Source of the DNA: a virus | Taxonomy: Duplodnaviria; Caudoviricetes | Reading direction: 5' to 3' (one strand) | Virus record (IMG/VR): IMGVR_UViG_3300035016_000040 | DNA length: 53,915 bases | Part shown: positions 26,187 through 35,284 of the stretch, one piece after another | How the letters are laid out: each line of letters starts with the position of its first letter | Numbering within the stretch: the stretch's first letter is position 1 | The notes under the pieces: generated by a model | Database searches by the model: none | What the model was told of the DNA's origin: nothing | What the model saw: the letters and a program-made list of their open reading frames with translations, nothing else | Made by a program: the position numbers and the translations under genes

Positions 26187-26304
26187 TGACCATAACTCAC
26201 GCCGAATGCTGAATTAGCATACCTGCCAATGGTTGGCAGTGCGGCCGAAAACCCCTGACTAAAAACGGAAGATTCCGTTTTTCGGGGCCATCGGAGCACT
26301 CGCC

Positions 26305-27609
26305 ATGCCGAAGCTATCCCCCGGAAAAGTCCCGAAGTACCGACTGCATAAGCAATCGGGCCGCGGCATCGTCACGATCCACGGCAAAGACAAGCTCCTG
26401 CCCGGCAAGTACGGGTCACCGGAGAGCCGCAGGGAGTGGGCGCGCCTCACCACCGAATGGCTTGCCAGAGAGGGAATGCCGCCCGCCCCGGAAAACGGAA
26501 GAACGGAATCGGAACCCCTGACCGTCGCCCGCCTGGTGGTGCAATTCTGGCGACACGCCAAAACCTACTACCGCGGCACGAACGGCGGGATCAGCCACGA
26601 GGCATATCATTACCGCGACGCCCTGCGCCCGGTTGTGCGGTTGTACGGGGCTACGCCTGCCAACAATTTCCAAGGGCCAGCGCTGGAGGCTGTGCAACGC
26701 GAGATGATCCGGCTCGGTTGGTGCCGAAACTACGTCAACCGCCAAGTCAGCCGGGTGCGGCACGTCTTCACATGGGCGCTGGCCAAAGGGGTAGTAAACG
26801 CCGACGTAGTGGTCGCACTGCGGGCGGTCACCGGACTGAAGAAGGGCCGCAGCGGAGCGCGTGAGTCGGGTAAGGTGAAACCGGTGGCCGATGCCCATAT
26901 CGCGGCCGTGCTGTCTCACCTGTCGCCAACGGTTCGCGCGATGGTGGAGTTGCAGTCCATCACCGGCATGAGGCCCGGCGAGCTGTGCGACTTGCGCGGG
27001 GTGGATCTGGACATGAGCCGCACGCCTTGGACCTACCGCCCCAGCACCCATAAGACCGCGTATATGGATAAAGACCGGAGCATCGACCTAGGCCCGCGTG
27101 CCCGGGCGATAATCGAGCCGTTCCTACGGGCTGACGTGAATGCCCACATCTTCAACCCTGCCGACGCTGCTGCGGAAGGCCGGCGACGCCGCGGTGAGAC
27201 GCGCAAGACGCCAGCAAGCTGCGGGAACGCCCCCGGCACCAACCGCAAGCGCCGCCCAAAACGACGGCCCGGTCATCGGTTCGACGTCCATGCCTACCGC
27301 CGGGCCATCGCCCGCGCCTGTGAGACTGCTTTCCCCTTACCGTCGACCCTGGGGCCGCGCTCTGGTGAAAGTCGCCTAGCATGGCGAGAACGGCTAACGC
27401 CAGCTGAGCAGGCCGCGGTGAAGGCGTGGCGCAGGGAGCATCATTTCCACCCGCACCGGTTGCGACATTCGGCAGCGACCCGCTGGCGAGCCGATCATGG
27501 GCCGGATGCCGCGCTCGTGCTGCTGGGTGATTCAAGCACGAGGATGATTGACGTTTATGCAGAGAAAGATCGGCGGCTGTCGTCGTCGATCATGGAAAAG
27601 ATCGGTTAG
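26305..27609 (+). CDS. int: Tyrosine recombinase / phage integrase
   Basis: GMRPGE, HKT, HRLRH, LGD (usually LGH), VYAE; N-terminal PKYRLHKQSG. Confidence 0.95.
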   Translation: MPKLSPGKVPKYRLHKQSGRGIVTIHGKDKLLPGKYGSPESRREWARLTTEWLAREGMPPAPENGRTESEPLTVARLVVQFWRHAKTYYRGTNGGISHEAYHYRDALRPVVRLYGATPANNFQGPALEAVQREMIRLGWCRNYVNRQVSRVRHVFTWALAKGVVNADVVVALRAVTGLKKGRSGARESGKVKPVADAHIAAVLSHLSPTVRAMVELQSITGMRPGELCDLRGVDLDMSRTPWTYRPSTHKTAYMDKDRSIDLGPRARAIIEPFLRADVNAHIFNPADAAAEGRRRRGETRKTPASCGNAPGTNRKRRPKRRPGHRFDVHAYRRAIARACETAFPLPSTLGPRSGESRLAWRERLTPAEQAAVKAWRREHHFHPHRLRHSAATRWRADHGPDAALVLLGDSSTRMIDVYAEKDRRLSSSIMEKIG

Positions 27610-27720
27610 AATTTCTTAGGGACGGCCGGTTCGCTACCGGACGATCGGCTTGGCGCGGTGCATGGCTTGCACCTGTAACCACCACCGCCCAAGTCCTTCC
27701 CGCTACCTACAGGTGACAGT

Positions 27721-28581
27721 ATGGAAACGCAGGACGACCAGGTTGAGTACGCAACGCACTTTCTTTCAAATGCCAGCGGAGCGTTTGACCAGATGCAGTC
27801 GTTTTACTCCAGGTTCACTCACAATGAAGATCGCAGCAACTTAATCGGCAGGGTTGCTGGGCTGTTTCAAAAAAGGGAGGACCCGCGGCACGCAACGTCC
27901 TTCGAATTCCGATATGGGGTCTACGAAGACGTGCGTCACATTATTGGTGACGAAGGCTACGACTACCTCTCCGAGAAACTTCAAGTGATAGCCGAGCGGC
28001 TCGAAAAGAAAGCGTTGACAATCGAAGATGAAGCGAAGCTGCACTTCACGAAGATGAGACATGCTGCGTTAGACCTCACTCGACTGGTTTTAGGGACCGA
28101 CTACGAGCGATCCGAACACGGCGTAAAGATCCTGCGGATCATCGAGTTGATCGAGGCTTACTGGGACGCACAAGGCGAACCAGATTGGCGGAAACGTATG
28201 CTCGGCTACTTGAACGATTTAGTTGAGTTGCAGGATGCAATTCGCGGAATCGATATCCCTCGCCTCGTGCAATCGCGACGCTCGGAGTTCCCGCCCTTCC
28301 GCCGCTATGAGGAAGATACGCCAGTTCGATCGGATAGCCCGCCGGTGCTTCCTGCGGAGGATGAGTCGCCCGGGGATCTAATCTCCATGGATCAAGCGGC
28401 GGCGCTAGTGGGGCGAACTAAGCGCACCGTTCAAGGTTGGAACGAAATCGATCCAATGCCGCTGCCAGAAGTCGAGGGGGGTGGAGGCAAACGGCATGAA
28501 TACAGCTACGCGAAGCTAAAGCCATGGCTGGAGCAGCACTCTGGACGCAAGCTCCCGGACCAATTGCCCGACCTGCGATAG
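27721..28581 (+). CDS. Hypothetical protein with a C-terminal HTH
   Basis: LISMDQAAALVGRTKRTVQGW...MPLP...GGGGKRHEYSY; more AT-rich codons than the core genes. Confidence 0.7.
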   Translation: METQDDQVEYATHFLSNASGAFDQMQSFYSRFTHNEDRSNLIGRVAGLFQKREDPRHATSFEFRYGVYEDVRHIIGDEGYDYLSEKLQVIAERLEKKALTIEDEAKLHFTKMRHAALDLTRLVLGTDYERSEHGVKILRIIELIEAYWDAQGEPDWRKRMLGYLNDLVELQDAIRGIDIPRLVQSRRSEFPPFRRYEEDTPVRSDSPPVLPAEDESPGDLISMDQAAALVGRTKRTVQGWNEIDPMPLPEVEGGGGKRHEYSYAKLKPWLEQHSGRKLPDQLPDLR

Positions 28582-28670
28582 TTTGCATGAAGTGCAAAGC
28601 GGCGAAATCCAACGAAAAGCAACGAACCGCCTTTTTACAGTGCTCGCGTCTTTAACGAGAGGCGAACACT

Positions 28671-28976
28671 ATGACCGATTCATTCCTGAACGAGCCAGCC
28701 ATCACTTTGGCAGAGGCAACGCGACTGCCCCAACTCGCACGCAACGGCCGCCGTCCAAACCCTTCCACGATATTTCGCTGGGCATCCTGCGGGGTCCGGG
28801 GCGTCAAGCTTGAGATTCGCCAGGTGGGCGGCAGTAAGTGCACGAGCCGCGAAGCCGTCACGCGATTCATCGCCCGCCTGAGCGGTGACGAGGGTGCCCC
28901 CGTCGCTCGCATCAATCCACCCGCAGGCACCGGTGGCGGCGCGGTCGAACTGGAGCTTCAGGCGGCTGGGTTCTAG
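28671..28976 (+). CDS. DUF1580-like DNA-binding protein
   Basis: ITLAEA..LP...PSTIFRW..GVRGVKLE...GG..CTSREAVTRF. Confidence 0.8.
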   Translation: MTDSFLNEPAITLAEATRLPQLARNGRRPNPSTIFRWASCGVRGVKLEIRQVGGSKCTSREAVTRFIARLSGDEGAPVARINPPAGTGGGAVELELQAAGF

Positions 28977-29018
28977 CCGCTGATTTCCAGTTTGCCCGTC
29001 TATATGTGAGAGGGAAGT

Positions 29019-29062
29019 AAAAAAGGCCGCAGCACCGGGACTCTACTTCGGTGCTACGGCCT
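29019..29062 (-). terminator. Hairpin with an upstream A-tract (terminator on -)
   Basis: AAAAAA-GGCCGCAGCACCGG...TCGGTGCTACGGCC. Confidence 0.5.
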
Positions 29063-29072
29063 GGGACTCCAA

Positions 29073-30530
29073 ATGCATTCTAGCAGTCGCACGCCATCAC
29101 TGCCAACCACAAAACGCCGCAGCCGTCCCGCAAGGAACGCTGTAGCTAGCGTGCTCGTGTCGTCGCTCAAGCCGTCCGCAACCAACGACTCCCTATACCG
29201 CCCGATCGACACCGACGACGCCAACTTTAAGAAGCTGGTGCGCAGCGTCCTGAAGCGCGGACGTGTCATGCAGCCGCTACTGGCGACGCGCGACGGAATC
29301 CTAATCAGCGGTCACCGAAGGCTAGCCGCGGCAAAGGTCGCACAGCTTGTCGCGGTGCCGTGCCAGTTCACGGAAAGGGACCGCCAAGATTATAGCGATG
29401 CCGAATTTCTTGAGCTGATCCGTGAGCACAACCTGCAAAGGGAAAAGACGCTCGCGGAGCAGCACAACGAGGCGCTGGTAGACGTCGCCCGCGAAGGCAC
29501 CGCCTACGCCGACCTGCTGGCCGATCGTCAGGAGAAACTAGACAAGTCTGGTTTCTCTTTAATGACGTTCGACATCGTTGGCGAAAAGGTCCGTTCCGAG
29601 ATATCAAAGGCGCTTCACCCGTTCCTAATTGCGTGCATGCGTGTCATCGACCAGAACCGCGATTTCTGGCCCCTAAGCGTCCGCCAGATTCACTATCGCC
29701 TGCTGGGTGAGAACGCCCCGCTAAAGCACGCGAGCAAGCCCGGATCGACGTATGTGAACGATCGCAAGTCTTACCAGGCGCTCAGCGACCTGCTGACGCG
29801 CGGCCGCCTCGTTGGTCGAATCCCTTGGCACACCATCAGTGATGAGACACGCGACTTTGAGGGCTGGCCAGTCCATCAGGCAATCGGACCCTACATCACG
29901 TCTCAAATGGATCGGTTGTTCACCACCTACTGGCGTGACCGCCTGCAAAGTCAGCCGCATCACGTCGAAGTCATCGGTGAGAAAAATACGGTTAAGACGA
30001 TCGTGAGTTCCGTTTGCCGTGAATACACCGTGCCCTACTCGATCGGCCGCGGCTACTGCAGCATCCCGCCACGCTACGAGATGGCCCAACGCTTCCGACG
30101 AAGCGGCAAAGACCGCCTAATCGTGCTGATCCTCAGCGACTTGGACCCGGACGGTTCGGAAATCGCGCAGAGCTTCGCCCGGTCGATGCGCGACGACTTC
30201 AACATCGCAAACATTGAACCGATAAAGGTGGCGCTGACGCCCGAGCAGATCGACCAGTACGACCTGCCGCCGAAGATGGTGGCCAAACCAACGTCTAGCA
30301 ACTACGCCAAGTTCGTCGCGGCTCACGGGCAACACGTATTCGAGCTTGAGGCTCTGGAGGCGTCGCAGTTGCAGGACGTATTGCGCGATGCAATCAACCG
30401 GGTGCTCGATATTGATCTTTACAACCGCGAAGTCGAAGCCGAGGCCAGAGACGCGGATTACCTGAAGGCATGCCGGCTAACGCTCATCAAGGCCGCGCAG
30501 CAGATGGGAATACGCGGCCTGTCAGCATGA
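29073..30530 (+). CDS. ParB-like N-terminal domain fused to a Spo11/TopoVI-A-like winged-helix plus TOPRIM domain
   Basis: QPLLATRDGILISGHRRLAAAK; LSVRQIHYRL; VIGEK; LSDLDPDG; VALTPEQIDQYDLP; FELEAL. Confidence 0.75.
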   Translation: MHSSSRTPSLPTTKRRSRPARNAVASVLVSSLKPSATNDSLYRPIDTDDANFKKLVRSVLKRGRVMQPLLATRDGILISGHRRLAAAKVAQLVAVPCQFTERDRQDYSDAEFLELIREHNLQREKTLAEQHNEALVDVAREGTAYADLLADRQEKLDKSGFSLMTFDIVGEKVRSEISKALHPFLIACMRVIDQNRDFWPLSVRQIHYRLLGENAPLKHASKPGSTYVNDRKSYQALSDLLTRGRLVGRIPWHTISDETRDFEGWPVHQAIGPYITSQMDRLFTTYWRDRLQSQPHHVEVIGEKNTVKTIVSSVCREYTVPYSIGRGYCSIPPRYEMAQRFRRSGKDRLIVLILSDLDPDGSEIAQSFARSMRDDFNIANIEPIKVALTPEQIDQYDLPPKMVAKPTSSNYAKFVAAHGQHVFELEALEASQLQDVLRDAINRVLDIDLYNREVEAEARDADYLKACRLTLIKAAQQMGIRGLSA

Positions 30531-31222
30531 GCTTCCCGCCCCCGCTGGCGAATAGCTGGCGCGAGGCGGTTTAACAAGCACCTTCGGTCGCCCGCCTGAC
30601 ACGCGGCCGAGGGGATCACAAAAGTACCTGCGGGTACGAGGTTGATGGCTTAGCCTGTTCGCGAAAAGCCAGATGTGAGGCGTAGCCGGTCGAACCGGGC
30701 ATGACGTTACAGACATCGGGAGCTAACCCCTACCCGGTGCCGGTGGCTGCTATGTGAATCCCCTCAATCGTCGGCTGTGCCCGTGGTGGCGTCGGACGGT
30801 CAGGGATTGGTTCACATGACCACCGCGCTCGACTCGACCGAAGCGGCCCGCCCTCGTCAGCGGCGAAATGGTGAAAGATCGAGGAACACACACGCGTACC
30901 GAGTTCCAGGCTCATACTGCACCGTCCCCTGTGTCAACGCACAGGGGTCACTCCGCAACCCGTTTCCTTCTCACCTGCTGTTTGGTGCTGACGGTGCTTA
31001 GTGCTGTCTTTCCTGTCTGAGCGTAGCGAGGTGGCCTGATGAGGGCACTGTACCCGGTGCCTGAAGATGGCCATGTATTGAGCGCTTTATTGTACGATCA
31101 GAGAACTAACAGCTAATCGAGCGCGTACTATTAGAGGGTGACCGTGCTGAACTGTGCTGATCTAGATCATGCGTCTGAAGCGATGATGCCAAGGGGGTGC
31201 GCACCTGCGCTACCTGCCAAAG

Positions 31223-31231
31223 TTATCCACA
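31223..31231 (+). promoter_or_regulatory. Consensus DnaA box
   Basis: TTATCCACA within a long non-coding region; single copy, could be chance. Confidence 0.35.
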
Positions 31232-31379
31232 AAATCGGGCCGCCCGCGGCGCCGGAACCGCCACATTCACGCCCGCTTTCACCAAAAACCCCTGCTTTTC
31301 GGCCAAAAAGAGCCGGCGCCTGCCCTACCGACCGGTTCCGCAACCCATCTGCGGGCTGTCTGGTGCCGAGTGCATCGGG

Positions 31380-31434
31380 GAAGCAACCGGGAAGCGATGG
31401 GAAAGCACCTGAGAAGCAACCGAGAAGCACCCAC
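31380..31434. repeat. Five 11-bp tandem repeats
   Basis: GAAGCAACCGG GAAGCGATGGG AAAGCACCTGA GAAGCAACCGA GAAGCACCCAC. Confidence 0.7.
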
Positions 31435-31450
31435 CACACAGGAGCGACGA

Positions 31451-32767
31451 ATGGGTAACAACGGTCCTAATGTCAGAGAGACGAATCGAAAGTGGCTCAC
31501 GCTGCCCGCGCGCATCGGTGCCCGCGATGCGGAAGAGATCGGGGCGAACCTTGCCACCATGGCCGACCCCGAGTGCCGCACACTCTACTCCGAGAGCGAC
31601 CTGCTGCGGATCGAGGACGAGCTGCCAGAGCTACAGGACCAGGTGCGATACGCCAGGATCATCCATCACGCGCGGGGCGTGAAGCCCGAGGCGCGACATT
31701 ATCGCCGGGCCTGCACCTGCACCGATGCGATTCAGGCAGACTACGAGCCGTCGCACGGACCTTACCCGCTGATCATCCCGCCGATGGCGCACGTCGAATG
31801 CGACGCGCACGGCCAGCCCTACTCGATCAATGGGATGCACGTCACCCAGCGGATCCACACGCCGCCGGCGGCGCTGGCCGATTGGGACCGGCGATACAAC
31901 GAACTGGCCAAGGCCCGGAAGTCGACGCCACCGCGAGACGAGTATGAGTTCGTGCCGATCGTGCTGACCGACTACATCGACGAGCTGCCGGTGCACAGCG
32001 ACCCCGAACCGCGGCCGGCGCGTGGCGTGGAGTGGCGCACGCCGTACGCTGCCACGCTGCCCCCGTCGCTCCGCAACATCCACCTGCGGTACGAGCCGAC
32101 GTTCGCCGGAATGACGGGCCAGCCGTTGCCGCAACCCGGCCGGCTGCGCATCTTCGACACCTACCGCGCCCAGTGGGAACGCGAGTGCGAACGCTTGGGA
32201 GTGGACGTCACGCCCTATTGGTTCATCAAGGGACGCTGGCTGTTCAGTCTCGATACGACGCCAAGCGCCGTCTTCAATCGTCGTGGTCTCCGTCGTCAGC
32301 GCCGCCCACGGGGGCAGGCGATCCCGGCGAGCTGGTCGAGTTGGGAACCACCGCGCAGAGATCGCCCCGAATACCCGCACGGGCGAATGGACCTCAACGG
32401 CCTCTGGCGAATCGACCGTAGGAAGGTCGCCTCCATTTTCCTACGCATCACGCGACCGCAGCACGAGTGCGCGACGCTCTACTTCCACGAGGGCTACACG
32501 ATCGCCGAGGTGGCGCGTGCCAGGAACTGCGCGGTCAGCACCGTTCACGAACTGATCGAGCGAGTCCGAGAGGAATTCCGCAGGGAGGAACTGCCGGACC
32601 CGAAGCCCAACTCGCTGTCCCCCACCGAATCGGGCTGGGAATCCGGTTACGTGCTGGTGAGTGCTCGCACCGCCTACGAGGATGAGGTGCGCCGCGGGTT
32701 CAAGCCGCCCCGCAAAGGTGCTGACGTGAATCCGTTCGCGCCCCGCGACAAAAATAAAATTGCGTAA
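31451..32767 (+). CDS. Large protein with a C-terminal sigma-70 region-4-like HTH
   Basis: ITRPQHECATLYFHEGYTIAEVARARNCAVSTVHELIERV; GGAG RBS at 31441. Confidence 0.7.
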   Translation: MGNNGPNVRETNRKWLTLPARIGARDAEEIGANLATMADPECRTLYSESDLLRIEDELPELQDQVRYARIIHHARGVKPEARHYRRACTCTDAIQADYEPSHGPYPLIIPPMAHVECDAHGQPYSINGMHVTQRIHTPPAALADWDRRYNELAKARKSTPPRDEYEFVPIVLTDYIDELPVHSDPEPRPARGVEWRTPYAATLPPSLRNIHLRYEPTFAGMTGQPLPQPGRLRIFDTYRAQWERECERLGVDVTPYWFIKGRWLFSLDTTPSAVFNRRGLRRQRRPRGQAIPASWSSWEPPRRDRPEYPHGRMDLNGLWRIDRRKVASIFLRITRPQHECATLYFHEGYTIAEVARARNCAVSTVHELIERVREEFRREELPDPKPNSLSPTESGWESGYVLVSARTAYEDEVRRGFKPPRKGADVNPFAPRDKNKIA

Positions 32768-33033
32768 GTTGTCGCCCCCACATCATTTGCACGGGATCCG
32801 ACCACTCCGAATCGGTAAATAACCGAATTTCCCGTCCGTACTTGTAAGGGGAAGCAAGTGAAAATTGAAAGCCGCCGGTTGTGCTGACCGACGGTTCATA
32901 GGGGGGGGGTACTTCCGGGGTGCCTTCCCCCCAGAATCCCGAAATCCCGAAATCTGAAACACCCACAACCCATCGCACGACGAAGCCCGACAGGGCTTTC
33001 TGTCGTTGCGCCACACACCCCGAAGGAGAACGA

Positions 33034-33630
33034 ATGCGAAAGCTAAGGCGAAAGAACGTGCCACCGGAGCGGCAACCGTACTTTGATGAGGCGATGAACT
33101 GTTACCGCGTCCCATTGACCAATGGTCGCACAGCGACAATCGACGCTGAAGACGTCGAACGGGTGTCGCAGTTCCTATGGCGATGGAGGCCGCACAAGTC
33201 GCTGGCCAATGGGCAAGCGGAGCACCGCCTGTACGTGTCGCGCACCGAGTACACAAACGTGCGGCTGAGTCGATTCATCCTCGGTGTCAGTGACGACGTT
33301 CGGTTCATCAACCACATCAACGACGACTCGCTCGACTACCGAAAAGCGAACCTGCGGACATTCACGCGAGAGGAGTCGTCCCGACACTTCAAGAAGATGA
33401 AGAAGAACCGCTTTGGTGACACGCCAAGCAGCCGCTTCAAGGGCGTTTCGCGGTTCCAAGACACTGGTAAATGGATCGCCCAAATCCGAAAGGACGGGGT
33501 GAACTATTACCTTGGCCTATTCACAGACGAAGAGGCCGCGGCCCGAGCGTACGATGCCAGCGCGTTGGAGAAGTTCGGCCACGCGGCGCGCATCAACTTT
33601 GCCATCCCACTGACCCAGGAGGCCGCATGA
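33034..33630 (+). CDS. HNH-AP2 domain protein
   Basis: PLTNG..ATID.ED, INHINDDSLDYRKANLR, SRFKGVS...WIAQI...YLGLF..EEAAARAYD. Confidence 0.85.
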   Translation: MRKLRRKNVPPERQPYFDEAMNCYRVPLTNGRTATIDAEDVERVSQFLWRWRPHKSLANGQAEHRLYVSRTEYTNVRLSRFILGVSDDVRFINHINDDSLDYRKANLRTFTREESSRHFKKMKKNRFGDTPSSRFKGVSRFQDTGKWIAQIRKDGVNYYLGLFTDEEAAARAYDASALEKFGHAARINFAIPLTQEAA

Positions 33631-34244
33631 ATCTGAGCTTGAACCTTGGCTATTGGACCGCCGAGTTGGACGACGCCGACGCCGGGATCATCTCAGGCTA
33701 CGCGTGGCGACGCACGCGATGCAACAAGAAGGGCCGGCCGCGCGTCGAAGCATTCCGATTAGATGGGACGCGCGTATACCTCGAACGCCTGTTGCTTGGA
33801 TTGGTTGACGACGGCCAATTCTACGTGAAGTTCCTGAACGGAAACCGACTGGATTTCCGCCGGGCAAACCTACAGGTGATGCACGTCGTCGATCACCTCG
33901 TGAGCCAGCCTAAGCTGCGATACCACGACCCCAACCGCCAGCCCACCAGCGAGTACAAGGGCGTGCATTGGGCCTCCACCAAATGCGATGGCCGCTGGTG
34001 CGCCAAGATCCGCTACGAGGGCACGCAACGGCTAATTGGGTGGTTCAAGGACGAGGTTAAAGCCGCTAAAGCGTACGACCGCCGCGCCGCCGAACTTTAC
34101 GGCGCTGAAGCCTACTTGAACTTCCCCCAGGAGGTGCCCACCGCCAGGCGTCTAACCCCTACACATCCTCGCAACGTGACCAAAGTTTCACCCAAGGAAC
34201 CATGGAACGATATATCCGTCCGAAACGACGCGCCAAGCGTCTGA
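33627..34244 (+). CDS. HNH-AP2 domain protein (HNH degenerate)
   Basis: VKFLNGNRLDFRRANL, SEYKGVHW...WCAKI...IGWF.DE..AAKAYD...AYLNF. Confidence 0.85.
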   Translation: MNLSLNLGYWTAELDDADAGIISGYAWRRTRCNKKGRPRVEAFRLDGTRVYLERLLLGLVDDGQFYVKFLNGNRLDFRRANLQVMHVVDHLVSQPKLRYHDPNRQPTSEYKGVHWASTKCDGRWCAKIRYEGTQRLIGWFKDEVKAAKAYDRRAAELYGAEAYLNFPQEVPTARRLTPTHPRNVTKVSPKEPWNDISVRNDAPSV

Positions 34245-34540
34245 AGCCGTTGACCGATGCGCAGTCCGCGCGGCAACTCACCTGCTACCGCCCCGCCGGC
34301 TGTGAACACGTTCGCACCGACGTGCTGATCGTCACCGACCGCTACATCGCCCGAGCCGCGAAGGCCGAGAGCCCCACAGCCAACCGAGTGGCGCTGTTGA
34401 ACGCGCTGGCCCGATGCTGCGGACCTTGTTCACCCACTGGCTGCAACCCGACGCAGCACCGCTTCGCCCTTGAACGCTTCGACGCCGCAACGGCTTGGAA
34501 GCGCACGCAGAAGACGCCCCGCCGCCGCATCGCCGCCTGA
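34202..34540 (+). CDS. Hypothetical protein
   Basis: AAGGA RBS; Cys-containing; ends in RRIAA. Confidence 0.45.
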   Translation: MERYIRPKRRAKRLKPLTDAQSARQLTCYRPAGCEHVRTDVLIVTDRYIARAAKAESPTANRVALLNALARCCGPCSPTGCNPTQHRFALERFDAATAWKRTQKTPRRRIAA

Positions 34541-35186
34541 TCATTTCCATTATCGCGGTATTGATAGAGGGGGGCCATATTCGCGGCCCGCCCGTTCGAC
34601 CTTTTTCCCATTTCGCCCAATAGCCGCTGGCCCAGCCAGCAGGAGCACGCCCATTCCACGCGCATCAACCGTACGCAAGCAACGTCTTTCCAATAACCGC
34701 CTCTATGTAGAGGGACTGACCAAAGCACTGACCGTGAAGGAACGTGCCGCGCTCGCCGAAGTCCTGCAAGGCAACCAGAGCACGGAGGAGATCGGCCAGG
34801 CCATCGGACTGAGCGGACGAATGGTGCGATACCAGACGGCCGCCGCGATGAAGAAGCTGGCTGCGAAAGGGATCGACGCCACGAGCCCGCAGAGAGGAAG
34901 ACCGAGAGTGCCATGGATGGTGTCGATCGACCCCACCGACATCTGCAACCTGTCGACGAGAACGAACAGCGAGGGACAGACGGTCGGACGATGGGAAGGT
35001 GACGACGAGCCGAAGGAAGCCGAGCCGTTAGACGACGGTGAACGTGCGACCGAACCAACGAACGCACCGCTGGTGACAGGATGCCAACGGTGCAAGACCG
35101 GCAAACGCCGGATCGGCGATCGCTACTGCAAGAAATGCACGAAGGCCGTGATGAAGGAAATGCGACAGAACGGTTACCTGACTTAG
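34470..35186 (+). CDS. HTH (LuxR/sigma-4-like) protein with a C-terminal CxxC...CxxC zinc finger; true start probably near 34716
   Basis: LTVKERAALAEVLQGNQSTEEIGQAIGLSGRMVRY; CQRC...YCKKC. Confidence 0.65.
   Translation: MNASTPQRLGSARRRRPAAASPPDHFHYRGIDRGGPYSRPARSTFFPFRPIAAGPASRSTPIPRASTVRKQRLSNNRLYVEGLTKALTVKERAALAEVLQGNQSTEEIGQAIGLSGRMVRYQTAAAMKKLAAKGIDATSPQRGRPRVPWMVSIDPTDICNLSTRTNSEGQTVGRWEGDDEPKEAEPLDDGERATEPTNAPLVTGCQRCKTGKRRIGDRYCKKCTKAVMKEMRQNGYLT
34544..34570 (+). promoter_or_regulatory. TTTCCA-N15-TAGAGG motif (copy 1)
   Basis: Same spacing at 34687..34713 and 40411..40437; weaker copy at 28984. Confidence 0.55.
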
Positions 35187-35202
35187 AGAGAGTTTCCTTG
35201 GG

Positions 35203-35248
35203 GCCGGGCGCGGTGGCTTTCGACCAACGAACCACCGCCCGGTTTTTT
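35203..35248 (+). terminator. Intrinsic terminator
   Basis: CCGGGCG..GGTGG / CCACCGCCCGG followed by T6. Confidence 0.6.
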
Positions 35249-35284
35249 GAACTGCACCACACACACAGACAGAGAGACAGAACC

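Noticed and set aside
26110-26190. Intact tRNA-Val gene
   Set aside because: Only the anticodon loop to 3' end is present; no GGGCGGT acceptor 5' strand, D-arm or 5' anticodon stem upstream
31031-31074. Hammerhead ribozyme or C/D K-turn (CTGATGA, stem, then GAAG/CTGA)
   Set aside because: The core reads GAAG rather than GAAA, and I could not build stems I and III with a cleavage triplet; the K-turn geometry is also off. It may still be part of the larger structured region.
32890-32960. G-run and CCCGAAAT repeats as a phase-variation or regulatory site
   Set aside because: Intergenic, short and without a counterpart or linked frame; insufficient support
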